A DNA stretch of 64,000 nucleotides from the NCBI GenBank assembly GCA_001179505.1, contig CDMY01000282.1:1-64000 (forward strand), given 5' to 3'. The notes under the pieces were generated by a model. The model saw nothing but the letters and a program-made list of their open reading frames with translations. It was not told where the DNA came from and ran no database searches. Both the position numbers and the translations under genes were made by a program. The stretch is from Vitrella brassicaformis CCMP3155. Its lineage: Eukaryota > Protista > Chromerida. Of this stretch, positions 11,740 through 24,819 are shown piece after piece; position 1 is the first letter of the stretch, and every line of letters starts with the position of its first letter.

Positions 11740-14700
11740 TCATGGTAGTAGCGCGTCTGCTGCTCCACACCCACACTGACCACACGTGCACGTCTGTTCC
11801 CGCCGCCGCCCATACATGAAGGTGTGCCTGCCCCTCTGCTGCTCGCTCGCCGATACTGGTACTGATGGTGGTGGTGGGGGGTGGTGGGAGTGGGAGTGGG
11901 CAGGCTCGGGGCGGGCGGGACGTATGAGCGGGTCACAGCGAATCGGAGAGGCGGAGGCGGGGCGCCTGTAGACAGACAAGATGCGGTAGACGCCCAGTAG
12001 GTAGGATTGTCGGCCGACTGTGCCATGTCTTATGAGTCCTCCTGCGCGCGCACCTGTGGCTGTTTGCTTGGGGGGTGTTGTCGTCGCGCCACACATCATC
12101 GGAGGCCGAGACACCGGCTGACTGCGAGTCTGCACCTGCATGGCATGATGCAGCCAGCCAGCAGTTTAGTTTAAGTGTGTGTAGAGTGCCGTAGGTAGGC
12201 AGGAATGCACTGGTGCTATTTGGCTTACGTCACGTGCCTGTGTGTGTGTGTGTGTGTGTGGATGTGGCTGTGGATGTGCATGTGTGACAATCGGCTGCGG
12301 CCAGGGGCTGACGCTGTTGTAGCTCTTGATCGAGAGTGTGTTGTGTGTCTGTGGGGGCGTGTCGTAGCCGCCTCTCCTCACGACAGGCAGGTCGGTGTGG
12401 CCGAGGAATGCGCGTGTGCGTGTGTGCCTGTCCTGTAGCGCCCACCCGCCGTCCACGGCCACCTGCACTCACTCGTCAATACAGAATAGGATCTCTCTCT
12501 CTCTCTCTCTCGTCCGCGGCTCCCCTCACTGACTGACTACTTACCTGAATCGGGTCTTGCGTGCCTGCAGCAACACATACATACACAGATCTGCAGGTAT
12601 AGTATACGTAGCAATTTGTGTGATGTGTTGTGTGTCGGCTACGTCTCTCCTGCCGTAAAGATGTGGTGCTGCGGGTCCTTTCCTGATTGTTGGATGCAGA
12701 CAGACAGACAGAAGCACGGACGGACACCGTCAGCTCGTTGGCTTGGGAGGTTATACGTATGTTCGATCAACGAACCAAGGAATGAACCAATGGATGGATC
12801 ACTTGACTCACCTGTTTGGGCGTTCGCCGCCCCTCGTACTCGTGCATCGACCCAAGCTGCTCAACTCGCTGCACACACAGTGGGAACAAACCCACCAGCG
12901 ACAGAAACACAGAACCATATGTCCGTCCGTCACAGAAACACCGCTACAACATAACCTGCCTTGCTCTGCCTTCCTACCTGCGGCATTCCTTGACGATGGA
13001 TGCGCACATTGGGCACCACATGCGGGCCGCAATCGCCCACAGGCACCTCCAGAGTCTGCGGCCGTGGCTCAGGCTTCCTGATAAGGTTTTGCTTGAGGAT
13101 GTTCTGCGTGCCTTGATAGAAGGGCTCGGCCACTGGCCTGCACAAGACACATCAAAGACAGACATGGCATTGGAGAATGACATATGGGGAGAGAGACACG
13201 GCAGGCAGTGTTGTTCCTCCTTCCTTTAATTACTCAATCATGGGTCTCGGCGCTCTCAGTCTAACAGGGCTTGGCGCGAAGGCCCCTGCATTCGGTCCCA
13301 TCGCCGGCGCGCCGGGCATCGCTGGTAGTCTCGGAGGGGTAGCAATCCCTGCAATCCCCGGCGGCAGAGGTCGCACGAGAGCGGGCGGAGGCGTGCCGAT
13401 CGGTGATGGCAAAGGAATGTGTGGAGGATGGGCCATGCGGAAGGTGGGAGGCGTGAAGGGGCCTGGGTGATGATGCATGGGGACTAGAGCGCCGGTCGAG
13501 GGCGGGAAGGACACGATGGGTGTGGGTGTCGACGGGCGAGGAGGCGACAGTAGCAGGGGCGGCCGCATGCTGCCGTACGGATGCACATTAGTCGTGTCTG
13601 CAGCAAAGCAACCGATCCGATCCGTGTACACGGACAGACACATACATACACATATGTATACGTCCCTGTCTGTCTCCCTCTCCTTTGCTTACACTGCATG
13701 AGCTTCGGCGTCACGGGCCGCTGCACCAGCACAGGCGCTCCAGCAGGGCTGTGTGTGAGCTTGTTCAGAGGGTTCGCCTTGGCTGCAGCCAGACTCACTC
13801 TGGCGACCAGAGGCGAAGGCGAGCGGCTGGGCGACGGCAACGGGGGCTGCCGTGGCGGGGTCAGAGTGGGTGACGACACATTGACAAGGCGTGTGCGGAT
13901 AGGGGCAGACTGCGCACGCACTGGCCCGGGAGAGGGTGGCGGAGGGAAGGGCGGTGGCTGCACGCGTGATGGGGGAGGGGTCATTGTCCCCGGCGGCAAT
14001 GGCATCCTGATCGGCATCGTTGGTGTGAAAACAGGTGGCGGAGTGCCGGGGGGCGCGGGGAATGGCGGCCGAACGCTGTGCATAGGGGGAGAGGGAGGGA
14101 AATATGGAGGGGTCAGAGGCCGTCCAGGCCCGAAATGCGCCGAGGGGACGGGGGATAAAGGCGGCGGGCCGATGTACAATGGAGGGACCGATGAGGGCGG
14201 CGGGCGGACCGGTCCAGATGCGGGAGAAAAGGCCGCAGATGTCACTGGAGTGCTGGCTATGCTGGACGGCCTGCAGGAAGACGCAGAGGAAACGTGTCTG
14301 CCGTTGCAGAGATAGATGGAAGAGAAAGGAAACTCACTGAGTCTGTGGGTTGAGAGCACACTCGATCTCCTGCGCCACAGGGCCATCAGCATCGGCATCC
14401 GCTGTCTCCGTCTTGCCCTTTGAAAAGCTCGGGAACTTGCCCTTCTCAGACACCACTGTGCCGCGCGGTATCTCAGGCTCTCTTCGGCCCTTGTTGCTTT
14501 GGGCAGGAGACCCCTGCAGTGGGCCCCGTAAGCTCTTCCTCCCGCCCTATGGCAGACACCCATAAGAGAAAGCCAAGCAAAAGTGCGGCTGATCGATCCA
14601 CATGTATTTCTTCCTGGTCTTGTCCCTCCCTCCTCCCTCCCTCCGTCCCTGACCTTGGGGCTTATTCTTCCTTTGGGGCTGTTGCTGCCACCCATGTGTG

Positions 14701-17700
14701 TGTGTGCCCAGACCGGCATTGTTTGACTGTATGCATACGCCCCACCCGGCAGGACCTGCACCCCTTGCTGCACGCTCGGCGTCCAGTCGCCAACACCCAC
14801 ACTCTGCACGACAGGCTTAGGCTTCTCTGGCGCCGGCGGCCACAGGGGGACTTTGCCCTTCGTAACCGCCGCCTTGAGGCGACTTGCCTTGCCGGCTGCT
14901 GCCTTGTTGGCTGATCGTGCGCTGCCTGGAGGGGTGGCGCTTCTCCGACTCCGATCGGAGCGGGGAGTGACGCTCCTGAAGAGTTGAAAGGAATGGCATA
15001 CGGGGCAGGCAGACAGTGAGACGCTACAGTGTTATCTCTCGTACCTGTCCCTTCTGGGTGGGGACGGAGTTGCTCTCTTCTTGACGCTGACAGCCTTCTT
15101 TTTCTTGACCACAGCCTGTGGCGCCTTTCTGGGAGTCAACATTTCGCTTCTCGGTGTCAGCGATGCACTTGGCGGAGTCACCCCTCCAGGCGACCTCCGC
15201 CCTGGCAGTGGACTCTTCTTCGCGGCCCGCGCGACCTTCCGGGGGTCTCCCTTGGGGCTTCTCGAGGGGATTCTGCTGCCCTTCCCACTACTGGGCGTAA
15301 CGCTTCTCGGTGTGGACCTGGGGGTGAGGTTGTTTGAGCGTGCGTCGGTCAGTCGGGGCATCCTCGGTGCTGGTGGGGGGCTTCGCGACTTGCCCTTGAC
15401 GGCCTTGGTCTTGTTGCCTTTTGGTGGAGTGACTGGCGGGGAGCGTGATGGTGTGCGCGAGAGTGAGGCAGAGGGCAGATGGGATGCCGGACGGGAGGCC
15501 GGCCGAGACAGCGGTGGCGCCGCCGACTTGGAGGATGGCTGAGCTGCTGCACGGGCGCACAGCACGTGGGCAGACGAAATGCAGATGCAATCGTTGGCTG
15601 CAGCTGTGCGATCGTGTGTCTCACTCACTCACCTATCGTTCGTTTCTTCGGTGCTGCATTTCTGATCCGCTGACTGGACGTCGACCTTGGTGTGGGCGTC
15701 TGACTCCGACTGACACTGGCGCTGCCCGGCAGTCGCTTCCCTCTTCCGAGAGGCATGGAGCGGCTCTTGCTCGCCGCCCCAACCGCCGTGACGGCGCTCC
15801 TTTCCCTTCTCGGTGTGCTCGTTGGTGTCCTGTCTCGAGTCATCTTGGCGCTTGTGAGGCGAGGGACAGCCGGATGGGCCGTCTTGGTCTTGGGAGGGGC
15901 GATGGGGCGGGGGGATGGGGTGTGTCTGGACAGCCCGGTGCGCGAAGGTCTGAGGATTTCTCTCCCTCCCCCCAGCAGAGTGGGCTTCGGCGTCACTGGC
16001 GCGCTTGCATGGCGGTTCCTCGCTGGTGCCGTCACTTTGTGTCCTCCATGGCCGGACGATTCTTTCAGAGTCGAGCCGAAGGAGAACACCAGCCTCTCAT
16101 CCTCGTCGTGTCTGTGCTGCTTTTTGGGCACGAGAGGCGCCGATCGCGATTTGACGACAGAGAGAGGGGGCTGCATTCTCTGGGGTATTGGCTTTGCGAG
16201 TGTGCGCGACCGGCTGATGTTGGGTGTGTTTGCTGGGGCGGGGGGAAGCGAAGGCTGCCGCTTATTGGTCGGAGGAGTGTGGACGGGGAAGGGGGCCGTC
16301 TTGGCCAAACGAGGAGCCGTGACAGGCTTGGCCGTTGTTGAGGCGGTCTCGCGGGCGGCTGCCTTTGCCTTGAGGGGTATCTGTAGCAAAGAGGAGGTCC
16401 GGAAGGAAGAAGACAAACACACAAACGTACGGTGACCGCACTGCTGCATCCATGCATCCATACATACCCGCATGTCTTCTCGGAGTTTCTGGTGGGCCTG
16501 TAAAGACCGGCGAGGCGCCGACGGGGCAGGGGCATCCGACGCGCGCATTCTCCTCTCCTCCCGCAGCGACCTCAGCCCCTCATCCCGCTTGGCCGAGTTT
16601 TGCGAATGCTCCGACAGCCGCTCAACAATGGCCATGGCGCTGGCCCTTTGGCTGCGTATGCTCTCCACCTCTTCCTCGAGCTCGTGCATGGCCCGCTCGT
16701 ACTTGTGCCGACTGTGGGAGCTACTCAGCGTGTTGATGCTGAATCGGTGGTCGCGATGGTCCCCTGCAGACTCGGCGAGCCGGGTTGGTGGGGGCGTCTG
16801 GTGGATGGCAGTGTCGGCTGCGTCGATCTGTGGGGGAGGTGGGAGGGGTGAGAGGGCGTCGAGGGGCTGGGCGACAGTGATTGTGTCTTGCAGGTTGGTC
16901 GCCTCCTCGTGCAGGAGGACCTTCGGGAACTCTGTCGCCTGCATACATACATATATATTTATCACATCATGAGAATGCTGTGGTCGGCTGTGTCTTTTCC
17001 ACTTACGGCTCTCGTGACGAGGGGCCTGTTATCGCCAAAATGAATGGGGGTCGTCTTGCTCTGCGCGGGGGGCCTGGAGCTCAGTGCACGGGCGCCGTCA
17101 TGTGGCATATGGCCTAGTGGCATTTGTTTCAAGAAATCCGCGATGCGCTCCTGACGCGTGTGGCCTTCTGATGGATCAAAATGATCTGTCCCTCCACGAA
17201 GCAGCTGCAAACCAAACCAGCCCACAGACAGAGATTGTTCTCGTCTCATGCCTGTAGTATGCTTGAGCGAGCTGTCCGTCTCATTCACTTTGGGAGCCAT
17301 GGAAGTGAGCGTCCTCCTGCAGCGTTTCGATTCTCCTCTCACTCTCTGGCGGCGGTGGCTGATGCTCATCCTCCACGTTGACCTCCACCCCGTTGTCGAT
17401 GAAGCGGGGGTGGGAAGGCGGCGAAACGGGCCTGTCGCTGTGCACGAGCGACCGCAGCTCGTTCTTGAGCATCTTCATCTGGCTCTTGAACCGCTGCAAC
17501 ACCGACCGGTCCTGCGTGATGGTGTTGAAGCCAACTTGCCGGCGGATCCTGGCGGCTTTCTCGGCGAAGAGAAGGGCGAAAATCGACTCAGAAGTGAACT
17601 GCATGAACCAATCAGGGGGAGGGAGTAGAGGCATGGCCAAGAGGGGGGTTGTTGTTGTCTCGTCTCGCTTGCCTTGTGTGACGGGTGGAGGGTGACGACC

Positions 17701-19659
17701 ACAGAGAGTCTTCCTTGAGCAGCCAGTGCAGGATGCAGCAGCTTGACACAGACACACAGACAGACATAGGCAGGCAGGACACCAGTGTGTCCATCCTCTC
17801 TCTGCAAGGAGTGCATACCATACCTTGGTGAGTGTCGATGCGCGATACGGCACGTTGACGGCATGGTGTGTCTCCAACCGCGACTGCTCCCCCAGCTTCG
17901 ATATTACCTCAGACAACTGAAACAGACTCTTGGACACAGCGCGGCCCTCGGCCAGGCTCTCTGCGGTCTGATCGAAGTGCCTGATATGATTCTCGCTGCC
18001 CGCCAGCTCCGCGACGAACAACTTGCCTTCGTTGATGACCATCTCATCCGGATGAAGCCAACTGGATATGCGGCGATCTCGCCTGCACAGCAAGCGAATG
18101 ACATGACAAGCGGAGAGCTGTGTCGCATCCCTCCGGCTTCGGCACAGACGCATACATCCATACATATCATTCACGAGTGATGTCCGTTTGGTCGACTTGG
18201 GTGAGGGTTTGCTGTGGCATGTCTCCACAGTCACGCAGAAGACGGCGTGGCTGCGGGCCGCCAGACCGTCCCAACTCGTACGCGCAAACTTGCGGTGGGC
18301 ATACGCACTGACCGACCGAAGGAAGACATAAGAAGAAAAGGATGATACACACACACATTTGTGGTGGGCCAACGGTAGGGTAGGCACACTCACTTTGCGA
18401 CGGCATCTAGGATCTCGTACTCATCGCTGATGAGCCGCTCCTCCACCCCCTCCAGAAAGAACCCGCGACGAGGGTTCTCCCGAATCTGCAGACAGGAGCC
18501 AGCAAGCACACTCACTCACAACACCATCCATATTCCTATTTCCGTGCACAAGCCCACACCATGACAGACAGTGCTTACCGGCAGGACGTGCTGCGGCAGG
18601 GGGTCATCCCCCTCGGTTGCAGCAGCAGCGGAGCTGGCCGTCGCAAAAGGTCGATTACATTGTCACAATACACCTCGACATAATGACACCGGACGAGGAA
18701 CTCTGCCTCAGTGAAGCCCTGCTGGTACAGCGGCCGGTGCTTGGCCGTCTGGGCCGTGTTGTAGCTGCGGATGTGGTCCATCAAATCGAACAGCGCCTGC
18801 ATTGCATTGCAATGAGGGAGGGAAGGCACACAGACGGACAGAGGTTCTCGATGGACGTGTCCTCCCTCTGACTGAGGACCTGTGGAATGATCCCCGGTGT
18901 CTCCGGGTTGCCCATGACGGTGTGTCCCTTGCCGGAGCGTGTCTGCCCGTAGGCCATGAAGCAGTGCGTGACACCCTCTGTCGCAGCCAGCACTCCATCC
19001 TGTGCAGTCCTCTCGTACACTTCAGCATTGGTCGTCTCAGAACCCAACACACTGCACCCACACACACACACGCGGAAGAAAAGACACGTACTGCACCTGC
19101 ACCCACACGTGATCTTTGTCTCCTCTTGCCGTGTCTCGTCTGTCTGTCCTTGGCTGCACACACACATACCTGCCGTTGACTTGGAAGAGCCTTCGGACGG
19201 GCGCCAGCGCGTGATAGAGCCTGCCTGCGCCCCTTGTGAGCGTGGACGTGTCATAGTTGTCCAGCCTGTGCCGCCGGCTCACCACCGCACCACCCTGCAC
19301 CGCACTCGATCGGCGCCGATATGCCTCCTGACATGACACCCACCACACACATTCGTCCAGCCCTATCGAGATTGCTTGTGTCATCCTCACTGACTCACCT
19401 CTTCTACCGCGGCCCTCTGTTGCCGCACTGTCTCCATCAGCAATCGCTGATAGTGCTCGTCCATCCCGAATGCGTGTGATGCCGACAGGCCCTCGGTCGG
19501 CATCTGCTGTGCGAGCAGGCCGATCGTCTTGGCATCTCTGACCGTCCAGGCCTCAGTGTGACTCTCAGCAACCTCGTCGGGCAGGAGGGGACGGAGCCTG
19601 CAGAGGCAACCAACACCCACGAGAGAGGAGGCCTCAGTCAGCCATTGCGACGATGACAT
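11740..19659 (-). CDS. Kinesin-like protein (divergent motor domain, coiled coil, very long Pro/Ser/Arg-rich tail); 3' end approximate
   Basis: Motor motifs in the correct order on the minus strand: CRLRP, AYGQTRSGKGHT (P-loop), HYVEVYCDNVIDLL, IRENPRRGFFLEG, AARSHAVF (switch I), ELAGSE (switch II), SKSLFQLSEVISKL, VPYRASTLTK. Tail exons link in frame, e.g. RPMIE/PVAEPFY at 13230/13139 and GMPQ/RVEQLG at 12978/12869. Confidence 0.8.
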
Positions 19660-20041
19660 ACCGACAGGATCCTGGTGCAGGTGTTTCCATTCCTCCCTCC
19701 CCCCCTCACCGCACAAAGACATCTGAGTCGACTGCCTTGTCAGTGGCGAGGCCATACGATGACCGTTTGCTCCGGCCCTGCCGCACGGTACTGCTGTGGC
19801 GGTGTTCTGGAGACCCCCACGCAGCTGGGCGGTGGGGAGGCTCCCACATTCTCGAAAACACGACGGGGACCTCACTACTGTACTGCAGTGGGGGACTACG
19901 GAGGGGCGGGTTCTCTGACCTTCTCCGGGTGTTCTACCCGTTCTACAGCCGATGGAGCCTTCTACGATGGCTTCCCAGGGACAAACTGCCTTCCATATCT
20001 GCGAGCCAAGCTCGCAGGTGAGCTTGGGAGGAAGCGGAGAA

Positions 20042-22866
20042 ATGAGCATGGCGAAGCTACCAGCGGACGCCCAGACGTCGTACGTGCGGCGGGATGTGCT
20101 AAGCGGCCCTGACACATCGAGGTCGACTTCGAATGGCTACGTGGAGGGACTGCCCGCCAGCTGCCGCGTGTTCGAGGTGAGTGGATGAACAATGCCTATT
20201 TGCAGTCAGGTCATCGACTGGGGATTGTGGTGTATGTCCGTTTATTCCGTAGGATCAATTCACATCAGCGGTTGATACTGACCTGCTGTGCTCCATCTGC
20301 CGTGGCCTGGACCTCAATCTCGTGCTGTCAGGCTGTGGCAACGAGCACCTGTTCTGCAAGCAGTGCATCTGTGCATGGCTGGAGCGGAACAATACCTGCC
20401 CTATCTGTCAGGCCAACATCACAGCCGACGGCCTGCAGCGGCCGTCCCGCCTGATACGGGGCATCGTCAACCGCATTGAGGTGGTCTGCAGCTGCCGCCA
20501 GTGGCAGGGGCACTTTGTGGATCTCCCGCAGCACCTCAGGAGGTGCCGCAACAGACGATTCCCATGCAGGTGACCTGAGCGACGGGCTGTTCATGCCACT
20601 GTCTGGCTGGCTTGCATGCCTCTGTGTCTGTCTGCCTGTCTGTCTGTCTGTCTGTCTGTGTACAGGTACCGTCGTTATGGTTGCCAGGAGGAGTTGACTG
20701 AGGATGCTCTTGGCGAGCATGAGCGTGTCGCGGCGCCCCACCATCTCGGACTCCTGTCGGCGGCATTGCAGAAGACCGAGGAGAGGGAGAGGCGATACAG
20801 GGCTGAGATTGAATACCTCAGAAACACGGTAAGCAAATACACATACATACAGACACACAGCACAGCAGGGGCAGAAACGGAGTAATAGCCGCCGGCCGGC
20901 GTGTGTGTGATATGATATTTGTGCAGGTTGACAGGCTGAGTGATGTGATCTCTCGTGTGGCGCCCATGGAGTCGTGTTTGGCCTTCGGTGAGCCGCTGCC
21001 GAAGGTCTACGCCATCGGGCACGTCAGGGGCAGCACTGAGGAGCCGCTGCTCGAGTACTGGCACACGGACAAACGCCAGTGGGTGCAGGTCGGTAGATAC
21101 GAACGAAGACACCGAGGGAGGCATCCTCATGACTTACTTGTTGGTTTTGTCGACTTCCCTCCCTCCCTCCCGTCGTTGGTGCAGCTGTCGACGCTGCCGC
21201 AGGTGGACCCATCGTGGCGTGACTTCGCTCTGCTGATCCACCCACATCTGCAGGACAGGGACAGCGGAGGGTCGCCAGGCCTGCTGCTCATCGGTACGGA
21301 AAGGCCTGGCGGGCACAGACCGCTGTATGAGTATGTGTCCACAACACATTCCATTCAATCAACAGGTGGTAGGCGCCAGCAAGATGAGCGCCAGTCGTCG
21401 TCGGCCAGCAGCAGCTCCAGTGGCCTGGCCATGGGCATGCGGCGCAGGCGGAGCGCCGCGGGGCTGGGTGGCGGGGAGGCCTCAACCAACATCTGCCTCA
21501 TGTATGCCGTGGTCTCCAACCGGTGGCTGGAGATGGCTCCCATGTGTGTTGCCAGAGCAGCCCCGGTACGCTCGCCTCGCTGAGATGAGTACATTACTGC
21601 AGCCCGTTGGTTGCAATCACCCCAGGCACCATCACTCGTGTGTTTGTATTCTCTCTGTCTTTTGTCAGGCTGTTGCAGAGTTGAAGGGTGACGTTTATGT
21701 GTTTGGCGGGTGGAGCTGCTCAGAGCAGAAGCCCGTGACGTCTCTCGAGGTCTACAAGACCGCCAAGAACGTGTGGAACGTCATGGGCATCCCGCCTTTC
21801 GTCGGACATGTCTTCTGCGCCGTCGGCTACCAGGGCAGGATATTTGTCCTCGCGAAGCCTCGTAAGCGACCCACTCACTCACTCACACACACACACACTA
21901 CGCTCTCTGTTGAAAGGCTTCCGTTGTTGTCTGTCAGATGATGCAGTGGCCTTCCCCCAGTTCTTACCGCACTCACCCGAAAGTGCCCCGGCCCCCACCC
22001 CTCCTCGCCACCCCTTCTCCCTCCCCCGGGCGTCCTTCCCATTCCCTGCACCACCAAGTCCATTCGCCAACAGGGGGAAGGAGAAGGATAACGGCCCCTG
22101 CCCCCCGTCCCAACCCACAGACCCATCACACAGCGGAGACAAGAGAGATGTGCCGCCGGCGATCCCGCCGCCCCCGCCAGAGAGGCGTGGGAGTCTGCGG
22201 ATGCTGGCGAGTAGGAGGCAGACGGGCGGCGGTGGTGGTGACGAAGGGAGGGAGGACATGGGTGGTGCCGGTGGTAGTGGGTCTGTGGTGCGGTGTGCGG
22301 CGCAGTGCTACTCGTTAGATCCGGTGCGGGGGCTGCAGGAGTCAGGGTCGGGGTGGCAGCCGGTCGAGATGTGCGGCTGCCAGGATGCCACACAGGTAGG
22401 TATTGTACCAACGGAGCGTAACACAAACAGCAGCAATCAATATATGTGAATGACACTGCACGTGTGCATCTTTCTCTCTCTGTGTTCGTGTGGGTGTGGT
22501 GTTCCATCCAGTTGTGTGTGATTGAGGGTCGGCTGTACGCCGAGTGCACTGCGGTCGACTCGGACACCCGGGAGATCGGCCCTGCCGTGCAAATGTACTC
22601 GGTCGAGACCAACAGGTCAGACCCACCCCATCCCACCCACCACCACACACAGATGCAGATGCACAAGTACTGAGGAGGAATATTGACGCCCTCCCTCTCC
22701 CTTATGCCGAGTCAGGTTCACGCTGTTGAGTCGTGTGTCGACAGGTGTGTTGGCGCCCAAGATGGCCACCGTCCGACAATGCGGACTGCCTCTGGAGGAA
22801 AAGCTCAGATGGCTGGCAACTGTCGGTGGCGAGCGCGGGCACAAGCGGGCAGCCGTGTGGGTGTGA
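20042..22866 (+). CDS. RING-finger / TRAF-type Zn finger / coiled-coil / kelch-repeat protein (putative E3 ligase)
   Basis: Spliced DQFTSAVDTDLLCSICRGLDLNLVLSGCGNEHLFCKQCICAWLERNNTCPIC (C3HC4 RING). Followed by RLIRGIVNRIEVVC...HLRRC...CRYRRYGCQEEL (TRAF-Zn-like) and kelch blades such as RWLEMAPMCVARAAP-AVAELKGDVYVFGGW. Start codon uncertain. Confidence 0.8.
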
Positions 22867-23053
22867 TCGGTGGGTGGGCATCTGTGTCTAAGTGTGTACG
22901 TCTGTCGTGTGCTCTCTCTCTCTCTCTTGCGAGACATTTTTTTCCTTATTTGTGAGGGGTGAGTGGGACATTGTCATGCTGGTGTGAAAGCATTCGTCTC
23001 GTGACATGGAAACAAATGTTCCTCATAGCTAACCAGAATATCAGCACAGAAGG

Positions 23054-24450
23054 TCAGCACCCACACGCAGCCGCCTCAACATTGGCCTGTGAAGCCCCCA
23101 CCCCAACTGTTGCTGCCGCCGGTCTTCTTATAAACTGGTTGAGCGGTGTGCAGCAGCGGACCGAGTGATACAGCAGCCAGTGCTGGCGGTACCGACTATT
23201 GGCCAACCAGGGCTTCAGCAGGCCGTTCCAGTGCAGAATGCGGCCCCTGTTGGTTGGTTGGTTGGCCAGACATGACATGCAGTGGGGCTCGGCGTTCTGT
23301 GGGTGTGGTGTGGTTCCTGAACTGACTGACCTTGACAGTGTGTCTTGTGAGGGCGGGTCCGCAGCGTCGTAGCCCAGCTTGAGAACGTTCCACTCTGGGT
23401 CGAGGATGGCCATGACTCTGTTGCGGAAGAGGATATTCATGGGCAGCTGGCTGGACTCGGCCGTCGACATGCCGCGAAAGGAGGTGATGTTCAGACTCCG
23501 GAGGAGACCTATCAGTCCCTGCAGGCATCGTCAGCAGCAGCGGCAGCGGCACACCGGTTCTTGATCTCTCTCTCTCTCTCTCTCTCTTTCTCTGTGTGTG
23601 TGTGTGTGTGTGTGTCTCGCTCCGTGTTGTGTGCATGGTGCAAACCTCTGCCTCGTCGGTGAGTCTGTCTCTCCTCCACATGGTGAGGTTGAGCACCAGC
23701 ACTCCCGCGTTGAACATCTGCAGGTCCCTCGCCACAGTGAGGCGCGAACGAAGCACCCGGTACGCATCCAACCCTATTGCCGCGCTGATGTCGTAGTTGA
23801 GCCTGGTGAAGGAGCGCGGGACGGCTGCAAGGCCGGCCTCTCTGCCGGCAGCTCGCCGAAAGGCCCCGAAAAAAAGATCAGAAACGTCACCCTGGTCGGC
23901 AAGAGAAAGGGAGGGAGTAAGGCGTAAGATGCATGGCATGGTGCAAGGGGTGTGGTGTGGGCGGTCACCTACCTGTATTATGGTATCTGGGTCGATCCAG
24001 ATGACTCGCTCGATTGACCCGGGCAGAAAGCGAGCCAGGTAGAAACGGACGAAGTTGAACACGACCTGGTCCCCATGGCCGCCTTGAGCTACTGTGATGT
24101 TGTCACTGGAGACACCATGCAGCACCACCCTCCGGCTCCACTGACGGCCGGCTCCCTCTTCCTCAGCACTAAACACGCCAACGCCCTTTCTCGCGCCATC
24201 CGCGCACTTCATTAGCCTCTTGAGGCAGTCTATGTCTCCTTTTGCAGCAAACACATGCACCTCGACCTACACACACAGAGAGGAGAGACATGTATGATCC
24301 TATAAGTGGCGTATGGGGACGTACCGTACCTCATTGTGCACTTTCAGGTTCCTCCAGAGAGATCGCAGCAAAGCCAGCAGCCCGGCGTACTGCTGCCGAT
24401 CTGTGGCGGTGGCCAGGTAGACAGTCCCACCTCGGTCGCGGCTGTCCTGC
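23054..24450 (-). CDS. Glycosyltransferase family 8 protein (5' exon not resolved)
   Basis: FNFVRFYLARFLPGSIERVIWIDPDTIIQGDVSDL (DxD), FNAGVLVLNLTMWR, SQLPMNILF, ILHWNGLLKPW are typical GT8 motifs. An upstream exon reads VYLATATDRQQYAGLLALLRSLWRN. Confidence 0.85.
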
Positions 24451-24700
24451 TAGGAGAATGGAAGCCCACTGCCTAGCCAGGGTTATTCTGTGTGTGTGTG
24501 TGATTTATGGGTGCGTGTGAGGCGTCGCTGGGGCTGGAGCCGCCGATGGAATGGGACCGTCTGATGCCGTTGAGGCAGGCAGCCTAATACCAAATTAATA
24601 CCACTTGATTGAACCGCCCATTCGCACAAGCAAGACGAAAGTCCACGCATGCAGGCAGGCATACATACAACACGGCAGCTGATGCCGCTGGTCTGTCTGT

Positions 24701-24769
24701 GTGTGTCTTTGTTGTTGGGTCGAGTGTGTATTTGTTGTTGGGTCGAGTGTGTCTTTGTTGTTGGGTTGA
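24701..24769. repeat. Minisatellite, 3 x 23 bp (GTGTGTCTTTGTTGTTGGGTCGA)
   Basis: Three adjacent near-identical copies at 24701, 24724 and 24747. Confidence 0.9.
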
Positions 24770-24819
24770 GCGATCCACCGTGGTGTTGCGTGCGCGTGTG
24801 CGGCTCGGACTTGGACCGG

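Noticed and set aside
12816-13229. Plus-strand ORF with F-box-like LRLPDKVLLEDVL
   Set aside because: It lies antisense to exons 13139-12978 and 12869-12813, which splice in frame into the kinesin tail with good GT-AG sites.
19675-20112. ORF between the kinesin and RING genes
   Set aside because: No recognisable motif. Probably a divergent promoter/UTR region or an unresolved 5' exon of the RING gene.
24701-24769. 23-bp direct repeats considered as a possible CRISPR array
   Set aside because: The copies are contiguous with no unique spacers, and the context is eukaryotic. It is an ordinary minisatellite.
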